64,000 nt of DNA from Macrostomum lignano (Eukaryota). Below the pieces are notes generated by a model. It saw nothing but the letters and a program-made list of their open reading frames with translations, was not told the DNA's origin and did not search any database. The translations under genes and the position numbers were made by a program. Location of the stretch: the NCBI GenBank assembly GCA_002269645.1, contig NIVC01001954.1:124001-188000 (forward strand), in the 5' to 3' direction. Shown piece by piece: positions 1 through 14,300 of this stretch; position 1 is the stretch's first letter; every line of letters begins with the position of its first letter.

Positions 1-2
1 TA

Positions 3-761
<759 letters not shown>

Positions 762-1410
762 TTATCCCAGGATTGCTCCCAGGCGAGGCTCCGGCAGGCC
801 CCCGGTCCACACTCTGCAAGATCAGGGGGCGGGAGGCCGGCTGCGGGCTTGGGACACAGGCGCCAGGTCGAGTTGACAGCCGACGCCCGAGCCCTCCCCC
901 ACAAGAGCGGCCCTCGAGAACCCGTGTGGTACCAGTTGCAACTAAGGGCTGTCGATGGGTAGTTGGCGCTTAGCCAGCAGCCAACTACTTAGCAGCCACC
1001 TGCCCCGCAAAAAAGCAGCAGGGGGGATCCGTCCCCCACCAGCAGACCAAGACGAGGAAGCTAGCCGCTTCCACGCCAGGCCAGAACGAAAAGGAGGGGG
1101 AAGAGCCTCCTCGAAAAACGAAAAGCTGGCGGATGTCACAGAGTCCCTCGGTTTAAGTTGCCGTTTGCCCCCCATGCAAGCAACAAAATTAAAAACAAAA
1201 GTTTTGACCAAGATTTGACCAAGACCTACTTTTCCAATCAAAGGAAGAACAGAACAATTTCTGGAACTTCCAGTCAATAGAAATGTGACAAAAATTAAAC
1301 ATTTGGAGCAGTTTTCCTTTTAAATGAGTTATTAAAGTAATGGTAATAGTTCAAATATCAATTAAGTGGCACCCGACTGCCACACATGACTACTGAGAAT
1401 ACACTGTAAA

Positions 1411-1592
1411 CAGTGGCGCAACTAGGGGGGGGGGGGCGGTCGCCCCCCCTTAGGCGGGGGACCGAAAAAAAATCAAAGGGGGGACCAAGCAAATTTTCGC
1501 CAAAAACAGAGCCACCCCTCTGCCGCCCCCCTCCCGGGACTTTACCCTCAGAATCCGCCCCCCCCCTTGAAAAATTTCTGGTTGCGCTACTG
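1411..1592. mobile_element. hAT-superfamily MITE (182 bp)
   Basis: 15-bp TIRs CAGTGGCGCAACTAG / revcomp CAGTAGCGCAACCAG; perfect 8-bp TSD ACTGTAAA at 1403-1410 and 1593-1600. Confidence 0.9.
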
Positions 1593-1991
1593 ACTGTAAA
1601 TTGTTTTAATTTGTTGGCAAACAAGAACACACTGCCGCCATGAGCTAAGATCCTTGCGCAGCCAATGCAACACAATATGACAATTTAGTGAATGCAGCAT
1701 TGTCCAATACTGAGATGATGACGATTTAGATAATTTAGTTGTTTTTCTCATAAGCTGCAGATGACGATCTCGAATATGACGACTTCGGCCGGAACCATAT
1801 CTAGCAACCCCCTAGTGCCACTGCACCAGTTCCTAAACTAAAAAATGAATCAAAATGAATTTTTGTTCTTATTTATATACATGTTATTCTGGTTGTTCCC
1901 CTTAAATCATTTTGGCTATGAATATTTTGCTTACCCTAGGCCCTAGGGCTTAGGATAGAATTTTTGTACAAAATCCTAGACACATTCTATG

Positions 1992-2699
1992 GGGTTATAC
2001 TGAATTCGTCAATATCTTCAAATATTGACCTAAAAGACCGTCAAAAGACCTAAAATTTGAGAAATTGGAAGAAGTCAAATTTGTCAATAGTTAAAACAAG
2101 CTGAGAGAATTCGTCAACAAAATGAGGCAGAATTACTAAAAGTTGTTTTGTATCTCAATAATGTAAATTTCTTTTAAATTTAAATATTTAGTATATAGAA
2201 AGATAGTATATTTGGAAGATTGAAGAGCCTTCGTACATCAGAATGCACAGACGATCGATTGAAATCACTGTACTGCAGGTATGACGATCAGGAGCTGACA
2301 TCTGTAGAGCTTCTCCAAAGGTGCAGCATGCTGGATTCAATTTTTAGTTTTTTCATTTTAGTTTTTTACTTATTCAGACTCTTATTGTTTCTAAAAAATA
2401 ATCTAATTTCTAAGAACTCTTTTTGTTTCGTTTTAACTGCAATTTTAACTTTATATTTTTGCATAAACAATGAATACACAAATAACCATGGGTTTGTATA
2501 ACCATGCATTCGCCTTCGTTTTACTTTTGAAATTGGCTTTCATCTTTTTTTAATTTCATTTCTTCAGTATATTTTTGTAGACTGCATGTATATTGGACAG
2601 GCCTACTCAGATAACCAAATTCGTCAATAGTGCCTATTAAGGTAGCCAAATTCGTCAATAGAGTTGATGAATTAAATGTTGACGAATTCGGTGGCACCC
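1992..2699 (+). mobile_element. Non-autonomous Mutator-like (MULE) element, internally deleted
   Basis: Imperfect 21-bp TIRs GGGTTATACTGAATTCGTCAA / revcomp GGGTGCCACCGAATTCGTCAA; 9-bp TSD with one mismatch, CATTCTATG (1983-1991) / CACTCTATG (2700-2708); several internal AATT(C/T)GTCAA subterminal motifs. Internal peptide TDDRLKSLYCRYDDQELTSVELLQRCS resembles the C-terminus of animal MULE transposases. Confidence 0.7.
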
Positions 2700-5320
2700 C
2701 ACTCTATGCACCATTGACATGAAAGTGTCTAGTGTATGCCAAAAGTTTTTGGGCAAAATTTTAGATATACATCAAGTATGCCAAACTTGGAAATTTGACT
2801 TGTCATATGTGTAAAGAAAGTGGTTTGGTTTAGGTCTCGTTTGAATTTTCTCTAAATGCTAGGCTCGCATGTGTAATGCTGTAATAGGATAAAGAGAGTT
2901 AGAAACTATAGGTGTGGTTGCCAATTATTTTCTCCAAAAATTAACAAGTATAGCAACTGAGTAATTTAAGTTAAGTAGTTAAGTCAAGTAGTTCAATACG
3001 CTAATTAATAATCTGAGCGAGCACTGGAACAATTGACCGCAACTGTAATAACTACTTAGTTAGTTGGGTGCTTTTATTAACAAATTGGATAAACCTAAGA
3101 CTCCAATGCTAAATCACAATACCAATGACTGCTATTATTAAGAAGATGCTAAGCTAAGCGGTGACTCACAACCTAGTAGCCCAAGTAGCCCAAGTTGACT
3201 GTCTAACTGTCCCAGCACAATGCTCTTTCCAATTTGAATATATTTCATATAAACTAAATAATAACAAAATAAGTACATAATGTAAGAATATACTACTACA
3301 ATTACAGAATAAGGGATATATATGGAAAATAATATAAATACTATATAAAACTATAAGAAATTCCAAATAAAGTACAATATTCAAAATCAAGCTATAATTT
3401 CATATGTTTATATATACATTGTAACAAAATAATTGTGTGTCTATTACTCATTTATAAAAACTTGCAATTTCTCAAAGTTCTAGTATCTAAATTCTTTAAA
3501 ATAGCACTATCATATCCAATTTCTATTTTTTTGTTTGCATTTTCATTATCTCTTAACTACTTACATTTTTCTTTGATATGTTCTACTTTTTGTTATAGAA
3601 ACTGTAAGATACTTGCATCTATTTTCAAATTGCTTTTTATACTACCTTTTTATATGTCAAAACAACTTTTTAAGATTTAAACATGCCAAATATATATGCT
3701 AATGAATTATGCAAGGCTAATGCATGCCAAAAAATTATGGCATAGGGCCTATAAGACACTTTCCTGACTATGGTCTATGCACATTGACAAAAACTTGTGT
3801 ACTTGCATGCACATTTCTAGAAAACTTAAGCAACTCTAAAATGTTTATATGCTTTTATTTGTTCGAAAAAACTTGTGATTTTTAAAAAAAATATTGAATA
3901 TTGCATTTGTTAATAAGCCATACAGTAAAACAAAGTATTTGCATTTAAAAGCAAAGCCATTGAGCCTCCATTCTTAAGTGTTACATATATACTAGAAAAT
4001 ATGGGTATACAATAGATGCAAAAATGGTTGGTCTAAAATATCTAGTATATAGAACAATCTGCTAGAAAATTGTGTTACAGCCAATGTATAACATAGCTGT
4101 TAGCTTACAAAACATACAATGTCATAATACAAAAAGAGTCCTACATTGTTGTAACAAAAAGTTTCTTTATTCTATTGTTGCAATCTTTCTAATAATGTCT
4201 AATAACATAATGTCTAGGCCTAGTTATCTACATGTAATAATAAAAAACTTTTTATCCAAAGTTGAAGCATGTTTAAAATAGAAGCAAATTGTTACCAAAA
4301 TAACTTTGTCATAAAATGTCTATTACTAAAATGACCTCCACCTATATATACTATATTTGGCTTTTTTATAATTTGTTATTTTATAATTATTATAATTTGT
4401 TGGTTTTTTGTACAAAGCAGCCAATAAATACTTTATTAAAGATATAAGGCACAATGTATATTGATACTATACTATACTTTTTGTACTAAAAATTCTATTA
4501 AAATGCCACTTTCTTGACTATGGGCTAGGCTTAGACAAAGGCTAAAGTTATAGCAATATAACAAATAATTATATTTTATAAAATTGCTATATTTGCAAGT
4601 ATAATTAAAAGCACTTTATAGTTTATGTATGCTGATTTATTGTACTATATTTATATAAGATATTTCATTTATTACATATATGCACAATCTCCTAAATTTT
4701 ATCTAGCCAATGCAATAAGTTTTCTATGAAAATGCAACCTTGTTACTTGTGTCTGAAGAGCCTTCTTGCAACATATTTGCAAAATTATTTTGTACAACTT
4801 GTGTATACTGATTTATTGTACTATATTTATATAAGATTGCAACAAACGAATAGACAAACATTGTGTCAGCTTTAGTATTAGTAGATATTTAATTTATTAT
4901 ATATGCACAATCTCCTAAATTTTATCTATAGTTTTTTTATGAAAATGCAACCTTGTTATATCAAAAGAGCCTTCTTGGTTAGGCCTATGATAAATAGAAT
5001 AAACAGAATGGTAAGCAATTTATCCATTGACAAATTTATTTATTAACTATAATATTGCTAAAATATGCATCAAATGTTGTCAAGTAAATCTATTGTCTAA
5101 GTTAAATTGTTATAAAATGTCTAGAATCTAGCTAGACTTATCTTTACCACATAAAAAATAGCATTTTTTATATAGCATTTTGTGCTTTATGCTAATTAAT
5201 CCAAACTACTTATTCAGTTCAAACTCACATTTTTCAATATGAATTATTTTGCTATAATTCTATTAATACTTATTTTCAGATGCTACTAGAGGCACAAAGT
5301 TTAACTGTATTCAATATGCA

Positions 5321-8300
5321 ATGATTAGTTCACTGTTGCAGAGGTACAACAGGACCAGGTGGGTTACTAAGTTTTTGTAATCATGTTCAAATATTTGTTG
5401 CATTGTTCTTTAAAGTTTAAACTACTTATTTCAACATGAGTAGCATGGAACATGAGTAGCATTAAAAAACACCTGATATTTAAAGTTCGGCTATAAATCT
5501 AAGGTTATATTATGCAATTACTATTAAATTTTGCTAACCCCTTCTCACACCTGGACTGGCTAATATGACAGGTATTATGCACTATTTGGGGGAAGAGCAA
5601 GTTTGCTACGGCTGGGATGCCTCCGCACCGCTGGCTATGGTGGAAGAGTGCACAATGGCGGATGCATTGGCAACTGGGACAGTAGCGATGATAGCCAGCT
5701 CCGGTCAGTGGAACAGGTCTACCAGGTGAGTGCTGTGCGTTTGTAGTGTGTATTTTATTTTTTCGCTTGTCTGGCGAGCGAAATATTTTATGGTGAAAGC
5801 GTGGCGGCAGTCTGTCTGTTTGTTTTAGTGTCTAATTGTCCTAAAGTCTTAGTTTCCTTTAAAAATGTCTTTCTGTCTGTCTGTTTGTCTGTTTGTCTTA
5901 GTGTCTCAGTATCTGTGTGTCTTAGTGTCTGTCTATGTATTAGTGTCTTTCTGTCTGTTTGTCTTAGTGTCTTAGTGTCTGTCTGTTTGTCTTAGTGCCT
6001 TAGTGTCTGTCTGTCTTAGTGTCTGTGTCTGTCTGTATGTCTGTCTGTGTCTGTCAGCTAGTCTATCTATCTGTAACAACACCCACACACCCCTTATCCC
6101 TGCTCTCCCAAACCCAGCTGAAGTCGCCCACTGAGCACATGCTATTGCGCCCGGACGCCTACATTGGTTCTATCGAGCCGGCCAAACAGCTGGCCTGGAC
6201 ACTGCGGCCGGACAGCTGCGGCGATCGGATGTCCGAGCGTGAGCTGTGCTACTCGCCCGGCCTGTACCGGATCTGTGACGAGATTATTGTGAACGCGGCG
6301 GATAACTGGCAGCGAGATCCGGCCGGCACTAAGGACATTCGCATCGCCGTGGACTCGACGACTGGCACAGTGGAAGTCTGGAACAACGGCCGCGGCGTCC
6401 CAGTTGCTGTACACCCTGACGATCCTGACAGCCGGTACGTGCCTAGCCTGCTATTTGGCCGGCTGTTAACTTCCAGCAATTTCGACGACTCGGTCAAGGC
6501 TACCACGGGTGGGCGGAACGGATTCGGGGCGAAGCTGGCCAACGTGTTTAGCAAGGAGTTCTCTGTGGAGACTCGGAGCGGCCAGACCGGCCTGGAGTTT
6601 CGGCAGGCTTGGAGAGACAATATGACAGTGGCTGGGGAGCCTGCGGTGAGTTGCAGTGTCGCTTGGAGTTATTGTTGCTCATAATTGGGTGATATTCTGT
6701 TTATTGTAGCGTTTTTCAGTGAGATTAAAGTGAGATTTGTGTTTATTGTTGCTGATTTCTGCGAGATTTTGTGTTAACTGCGGCTTATTTCAGTGAGATT
6801 TTGTTTTTGTTTCTTGTAGCTCATTGAAGTGGGATTTTGTGTTTATTGTAGTTTATTTCAGTGAGAGTTTGTGTTTATTGTTGCTGATAACTGGGTGAGA
6901 GTTTGTGTTTATTTTTGCTGATAACTGGGTGAGAGTTTGTGTTTATTGTTGCTGATAACTGGTTGAAAGTTTGTGTTTATTTTTGCTGATAACTAGACGA
7001 GGGTTTGTGTTTATTGCTGCTGATAACTGGATGAGAGTTTGTGTTTATTTTTGCTGATAACTAGGCGAGATTTTGGCAGCTAATTTGTACCGTTATATTA
7101 TACCATAGATTGTCCCAACACCCATCCCACCCTGCTGCAGGTGCAAGCAGCCAACGGCGGTCCAGACTACACCCGAGTGACATTCAAGCCCGACTTGGCC
7201 AGATTCGGGTCGACCAGCCTGGACGCCGACCTTGTCGCATTGATTCAACGCAGAGCCTACGATCTGGCCGCCACCTGCCCGGGAGTGCGCGTGTACTTTA
7301 ACGACCAACAGGTGCCGGTGAGAAGTTTCCGGCACTACTGCGAAATGTACGCGCCGCCTGGCAGCCTGCTGGTTAGCGCCGCCAATCAGCGATGGCTGGT
7401 GGCCGCCTGCGCGTCTGGCGGCGGCGGTGTCGATTCTAATGACGAGATTGTCGATGCTAATTACGGGTTTCGTCACGTGAGCTTTGTTAATGCCATAGCA
7501 ACTCCGGCTGGCGGTCGGCACGTTGAGCTGCTGTGCGACCGGCTGCTGCGGCCGCTGACCGAAGCTGTCGATGCTTCGCTGAGAAATTCCACAGCGCTTG
7601 GAAAGCGGCGGCGGCGGCTTATCGAAGCCTTTCCGGCTGTGAAGCCTTCACAGGTAGCTTAGGCACTTTAGTAATGTGTCCTGTGGCAGTTCTGTCCGTT
7701 GTTTATCCCCCCCCTGGGATCCCTGTCCTTTCCCCTGGGATCTGTCTTCATTTCATCCCCCTGGGATTCCTGTCCATTTTATTCCCCCCTGGGATTCCTG
7801 TCAATTTTATTCCCCCCTGGGATTCCTGTCCATTTTATTCCCCCTGGATTCCTGTCCATTTTATTCCCCCTGGGATTCCTGTCCATTTTATTCACCCACC
7901 CTGGGATTCCTGTCCATTTTATTCCCCCCTGGGATTCCTGTCCATTTTATTCACCCACCCTGGGATTCCTGTCCATTTTATTCCCCCCTGGGATTCCTGT
8001 CCATTTTATTCCCCCTGGATTTCTGTCCATTTTATTCCCCCTGGGATTCCTTTCCATTTTATTCACCCACCCTGGGATTCCTTTCTATTTTATTCACCCA
8101 CCCTGGGATTCCTTTTCATTTTATTCCCCCCCTGGGATTCCTGTCCATTTTATTTCCCCTGGGATTCCTGTCCATTTTATCCCCCCTGGGATTCCTGTCC
8201 ATTTTATCCCCCCCTGGGATTCCTGTCCATTTTATTCCCCCCTGGGATTCCTGTCCATTTTATTCCCCCCTGGGATTCCTGTCCATTTTATTCCCCCTGG

Positions 8301-11300
8301 GATCCCTGTCCTTTCCCCCTGGGATCTGTCTTCATTTCATCCCCCTGGGATTCCTGTTCATTTTATTCCCCCCTGGGATTCCTGTCCATTTTATTCCCCC
8401 CCTGGGATTCCTGTCCATTTTTCCCCCCTGGGATTCCTGTCCATTTCCCCCCCCCCCTGGGATTCCTGTCCATTTTATTCCCCCCTGGGATTCCTGTCCA
8501 TTTTATTTCCCCTAGGATTCCTGTCCATTTTATCCCCCCTGGATTCCTGTCCATTTTATTCTTCCCTGGGATTCCTGTCCATTTTATTCTTCCCTGGGAT
8601 TCCTGTCCATTTTATTCCCCCCTGGGATTCCTGTCCATTTTATTTCCCCTGGGATTCCTGTCCATTTTATCCCCCCTGGGATTCCTGTCCATTTTATTCC
8701 CCCCTGGGATTCCTGTCCATTTTATTCCCCCCTGGGATTCCTGTCCATTTTATTCCCCCTGGGATTCCTGTCCATTTTATCCCCCTGGGATTCCTGTCCA
8801 TTTTATCCCCCTGGGATTCCTGTCCATTTTTCCCCCCTGGGATTCCTGTCCATTTCCCCCCCCCCTGGGATTCCTGTCCATTTTATCCCCCCTGGGATTC
8901 CTCTCCATTTTATCCCCCCCTGGGATTCCTGTCCATTTTATTCCCCCTGGGATCCCTGTCCTTTCCCCCTGGGATCTGTCTTCATTTCATCCCCCTGGGA
9001 TTCCTGTTCATTTTATTCCCCCCTGGGATTCCTGTCCATTTTATTCCCCCCCTGGGATTCCTGTCCATTTTTCCCCCCTGGGATTCCTGTCCATTTTATT
9101 CCCCCCTGGGATTCCTGTCCATTTTATTCCCCCTGGGATTCCTGTCCATTTTATCCCCCTGGGATTCCTGTCCATTTTATCCCCCTGGGATTCCTGTCCA
9201 TTTTATCCCCCTGGGATTCCTGTCCATTTTTCCCCCCTGGGATTCCTGTCCATTTCCCCCCCCCCTGGGATTCCTGTCCATTTTATTCCCCCCTGGGATT
9301 CCTGTCCATATTATTTCTTCTTTCGGGTGACTGTCAATTTTATTCCTACGGAAATGGGATCCCTGATCATTAATCCATCATTATTCCTCTGGGATCCCAG
9401 CCTATTTTATTCCCCCTCTGTCTGTTTCTTCGAGTTAGGGCCCAAATCACAGAGCATCAATGCACAGAGCCATGACAGAAATAACTCGCATTTCTCCCTC
9501 TTCGCAGGTTCGCCGGCGTCTCTGGCTATTCTGCAGCTGCCGAGTTGACAATCCCAGTTTCGAATCGCAGGCGAAGCGCCGGCTCACTTTGCCGGCGTCA
9601 AAATTCGGCGCCGCTGCCGCCGTGCCGGAGGAGCTGATCAAAGGCGGCAGTTTTGTCAGCGTTCTGGCCGACGTTGGCAAGCGGGGCAGCGTCGGTCAGG
9701 CCGTTTGCAGCTCCATGCTTGCCGCTGCTGCTGATTCCGCATCGAATAGAAGTCGCGAGAAATCTTTGGCTGAAGCTTCGGCAGCAGCCTCGGGTGCTAA
9801 GGTGGCCGCCGCTGCTGCTGCCGCTGCTGGCAAACTGCAGCACGCCAATCTAGTAGCTTCAGGCGTCGGGCGCGGCAACGACTGCGTCCTGGTACTGACT
9901 GAGGGCGACTCAGCCAAGGCGCTGGCCGTGGCCGGAGCGGCTGCGGTTCCCGGTGGCCGAGATCGGATCGGCGTGTTGGCACTGCAGGGCAAGCTAATCA
10001 ATGCCAGGGAGGCTGCGCCCACCGCCCTGGCTGAGAGTCGCCTGTTGCAACTGCTGTGCGATGTTGTTGGGCTGCGGGTGAGGCGCCGGCTTTTTGCTTG
10101 GCTGAATTGTTTGCTGGTCTGTAGCTTAAATATGGGGGCGTAAGGCTTGTAGGTATGCGGATTTTATCGGGTTTTAATTTTTTTTCTTGTGTGTGTCTTA
10201 TATCCATGGGATCTGTGTCTTATCCATAGGATCTGTGTCTTATATCCATGGGATCTGTGTCTTATCCATGAGATCTGTGTCCTTTATCCATGGGATCTGT
10301 GTCTTTTATCCATGGTATTTGTGTCCTTTATCCATGGGATCTGTGTCCTTTATCCATGGGATCTGTGTCCTTTATCCATGGGATCTGTGTCCTTTATCCA
10401 TGGGATCTGTGTCCTTTACCCATGGGATCTGTGTCCTTTATCCATGGGATCTGTGTCCTTTACCCATGGGATCTGTGTCCTTTATCCATGGGATCTGTGT
10501 CCTTTATCCATGGGATGTGTGTCCTTTATCCATGGGATCTGTGTCCTTTATCCATGGGATCTGTGTCCTTTATCCATGGGATCTGTGTCCTTTATCCATG
10601 TTATTTGTGTCCTTTATCCATGGGATGTGTGTCCTTTATCCATGGGATCTGTGTCTTTTATTTATGCCCCCTGGGATCTGTGTATTTTATCCATGGGATC
10701 TGTGTCCTTTACCCATGGGATCTGTGTCCTTTATCCATGGGATCTGTGTCCTTTATCCATGGGATCTGTGTCCTTTACCCATGGGATCTGTGTCCTTTAT
10801 CCATGGGATCTGTGTCCTTTATCCATGGGATCTGTGTCCTTTATCCATGGGATCTGTGTCCTTTATCCATGGGATCTGTGTCCTTTACCCATGGGATCTG
10901 TGTCCTTTATCCATGGGATTTGTGTCCTTTATCCATGGGATCTGTGTCCTTTATCCATGTGATCTGTGTCCTTTATCCATGGGATCTGTGTCCTTTATCA
11001 ATGATAGTATGTCACTAATAGCTAAATGATACATTTATCCTGTTTATGTATTACCCAAGGCCTATGCCAACCATGCTACTAACAGTAGCAACATGCTGGA
11101 ACAGTCAATAATTCAATTCCCACGCACACACGCAGCTTGGCAAACGCTACGAGACAGAAGCCGACTTGGCCAGTTTGCACTATCGCCGAATTCTAATCAT
11201 GTCCGATCAGGACACGGACGGCATTCATATCCGAGGCCTAGTATTGAATCTGTTGCACTGCTTCTGGCCTGAACTATTGCTAAGCAGGTGGGATTTTTTG

Positions 11301-14300
11301 CGCCTATTAGTGACGCCGATTGCTAAGGCAACGCCGCCAGCCGACGTGAAAGCGGATAGCGAAGAATTATATTCTATGGACTCGCTGGCCAAGTGGATTA
11401 GCTCTAAGCCAGACTGGCGGCGCTGGTCTTTGAAGTATTACAAAGGCTTAGGCGGTTTCACTGCCGCCGAGGGTAGGCGCTTCTTTGTCCGATTGTTCTC
11501 TGGCCAGTCTGTCCGGCTTGTCCGGCGCGATGTCGGCCAAGGCGGAGAGCAGGACGACGCCGCCCTGGTGCTGGCATTCGGACCCGATGCCGATGCGCGA
11601 AAGGCCTGGCTGGCCGAGGCTGCCGCTGAGTGAGTAGGAGGTCAATTCGGCCTTGTATTGTACTCGTAGAATTCTGGCACCATTGTGTGACTACCAGTGC
11701 CAATTTCGTCTCGATTTCATTATCTGATTGCCACTGTTTATCCTTGAAATCCCACTGTCTATCTTGGAAATCGCAATAATTTTCTTAAAAATCCCAATAT
11801 TTTCCTAGAAATCCTAGTATTTTTCTAGAAATCCCTGTGTTTTCCTAGAAATCTCTGTATTTTCCTAGAAATCCCAGTATTTTCCTAGAAATCCTTGTAT
11901 TTTTCCTAGAAATCCCAGTATTTTTCTAGAAATCCCAGTATTTTCCTAGAAATCTCAGTATTTTACTAGAAATTACAGTGCTTTTTTTCTAGAAATCCCA
12001 GTATTTTCCTAGAAATCCCTGTATTTTCCTAGAAATCTCAGTATTTTTTCTAGAAATTCCAGTATTTTCCTAGAAATCCCAGTATTTTCCTAGAAATTCC
12101 AGTATTTTCCTAGAAATCCCAGTATTTTCCTAGAAATCCTTGTATTTTTCCTAGAAATCCCAGTATTTTCCTAGAAATCCCAGTATTTTCCTAGAAATCT
12201 CAGTATTTTCCTAGAAATTACAGTGCTTTTTTTCTAGAAATCCCAGTATTTTCCTAGAAATCCCAGTATTTTTCCTTAGAAATTGTTGTAGCTTTTGCTA
12301 GAAATCTTTTTTTCCTCCAAACAGTAGTAGTTTTTCCTAGAAATCAGTACATTTTCTTAGAAATTCTAGAAATCGCACAATCTATCTCGCCTTCTATCCC
12401 TGAGAGCCGGCTGTGCATGCGACAAAATCAACGTGTCTTCCCCACAGCGACCATCAGTCCGACGCTGCCCCTCTAAGCTCCTCTCTGGCAGAAGAGCTCA
12501 ACAAATCGTCGCCAAATGCCGAGTTAAGCTGCTCAGATTTCATCCATCGCGAGCTGGTCCAATTCTCTCTAGCCGATAATCGGCGTTCCATACCGGCCTT
12601 AATGGACGGCTTGAAACCGTCGCAGCGGAAGGTATTGTACACCTGTTTCAAGCGCCGCCAACGCCAGCCAATTAGAGTGCCCCAGCTGGCTGGCAGCGTA
12701 GCCGAACTAACAGCCTACAGGCACGGCGATGGAGCCCTATTCAATACTATAGTTGGCATGGCGCAGAATTTCCCCGGCTCTAACAATATCAATTTGTTAG
12801 TGCCTGGCGGTCAGTTCGGCTCCAGATTGCTCGGCGGTAAGGACGCAGCCGCTGCCAGGTATATTTACACCTGCCTGTCTCCGCTGGCTCGGCTTATATT
12901 TCATCCTGACGATGATGCCCTGCTAAACTATCGGATGGAGGATGGCGAACGGGTTGAACCTGTCAGGTTTGTCACCTGTGTGTTAGTGGATGCAGGATCT
13001 TGTGGATGGTTGTCTTTTAATAAGGGTAGACTCTCATTTCTGGTCTAGATGAGGTCACTTCACCTAGGGTCAGGCCATGTTGATACAGGGTCTGACCATA
13101 TTGATACAGGGTCAGGTCATATTGATACAGGGTCAGGCCATATTGATACAGGGTCTGGCCATATTGATACAGGGTCAGGTCATATTGATACAGGGTCTGG
13201 CCATATTGATACAGGGTCAGGTCATATTGATACAGGGTCAGGCCATATTGATACAGGGTCTGGCCATGTTAATACAGGGTCAGGTCATATTGATACAGGG
13301 TCAGGCCATATTGATACAGGGTCTGGCCATGTTAATACAGGGTCAGGTCATATTGATACAGGGTCTGACCATATTGATACAGGGTCTGACCATATTGATA
13401 CAGGGTCTGGCCATATTGATACAGGGTCTGGCCATATTGATACAGGGTCAGGTCATATTGATACAGGGTCAGGCCATATTGATACAGGGTCTGGCCATGT
13501 TAATACAGGGTCAGGTCATATTGATACAGGGTCAGGTCATATTGATACAGGGTCAGGTCATATTGATACAGGGTCAGGCCATATTGATACAGGGTCTGGC
13601 CATGTTAATACAGGGTCAGGTCATATTGATACAGGGTCTGACCATATTGATACAGGGTCTGACCATATTGATACAGGGTCTGGCCATATTGATACAGGGT
13701 CAGGCCATATTGACACAGGGTCTGGCCATGTTAATACAGGGTCAGGTCATATTGATACAGGGTCTGACCATATTGATACAGGGTCTGACCATATTGATAC
13801 AGGGTCTGGCCATATTGATACAGGGTCTGACCATATTGATACAGGGTCTGGCCATATTGATACAGGGTCTGACCATATTGATACAGGGTCAGGTCACATT
13901 GATACAAGGTCAGGCCATGTTAATACAGGGTCAGGTCATATTGATACAAGGTCAGGCCATGTTAATACAGGGTCAGGTCATATTGATACAGGGTCAGGTC
14001 ATATTGATACAGGGTCAGGTCATATTGATACAGGGTCAGGCCATGTTAATACAGGGTCTGGCCATATTGATACAGGGTCAGGCCATATTAATACAGGGTC
14101 AGGCCATGTTAATGCATAGTCAGGTCATATTGATACAGGGTCAGGTCATATTGATACAGGGTCAGGCCATGTTAATACAGGGTCAGGCCATGTTAATACA
14201 GGGTCAGGCCATGTTAATGCAGGGTCAGGTCATATTGATACAAGGTCAGGCCATGTTAATACAGGGTCAGGCCTAGGGTCAGGTCAGGTGGACGCGGGTC

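Noticed and set aside
7533-11029. Long PPWDSC and HGICVLYPWDL ORFs
   Set aside because: Intronic minisatellites of Top2 introns 4 and 5.
13049-14276. GHIDTGS-repeat and LIQGQ-repeat ORFs resembling a repetitive structural protein
   Set aside because: They lie wholly inside Top2 intron 7, whose flanking exons join in frame (VEPV-S-YSPVVP); a 21-bp unit keeps frames open.
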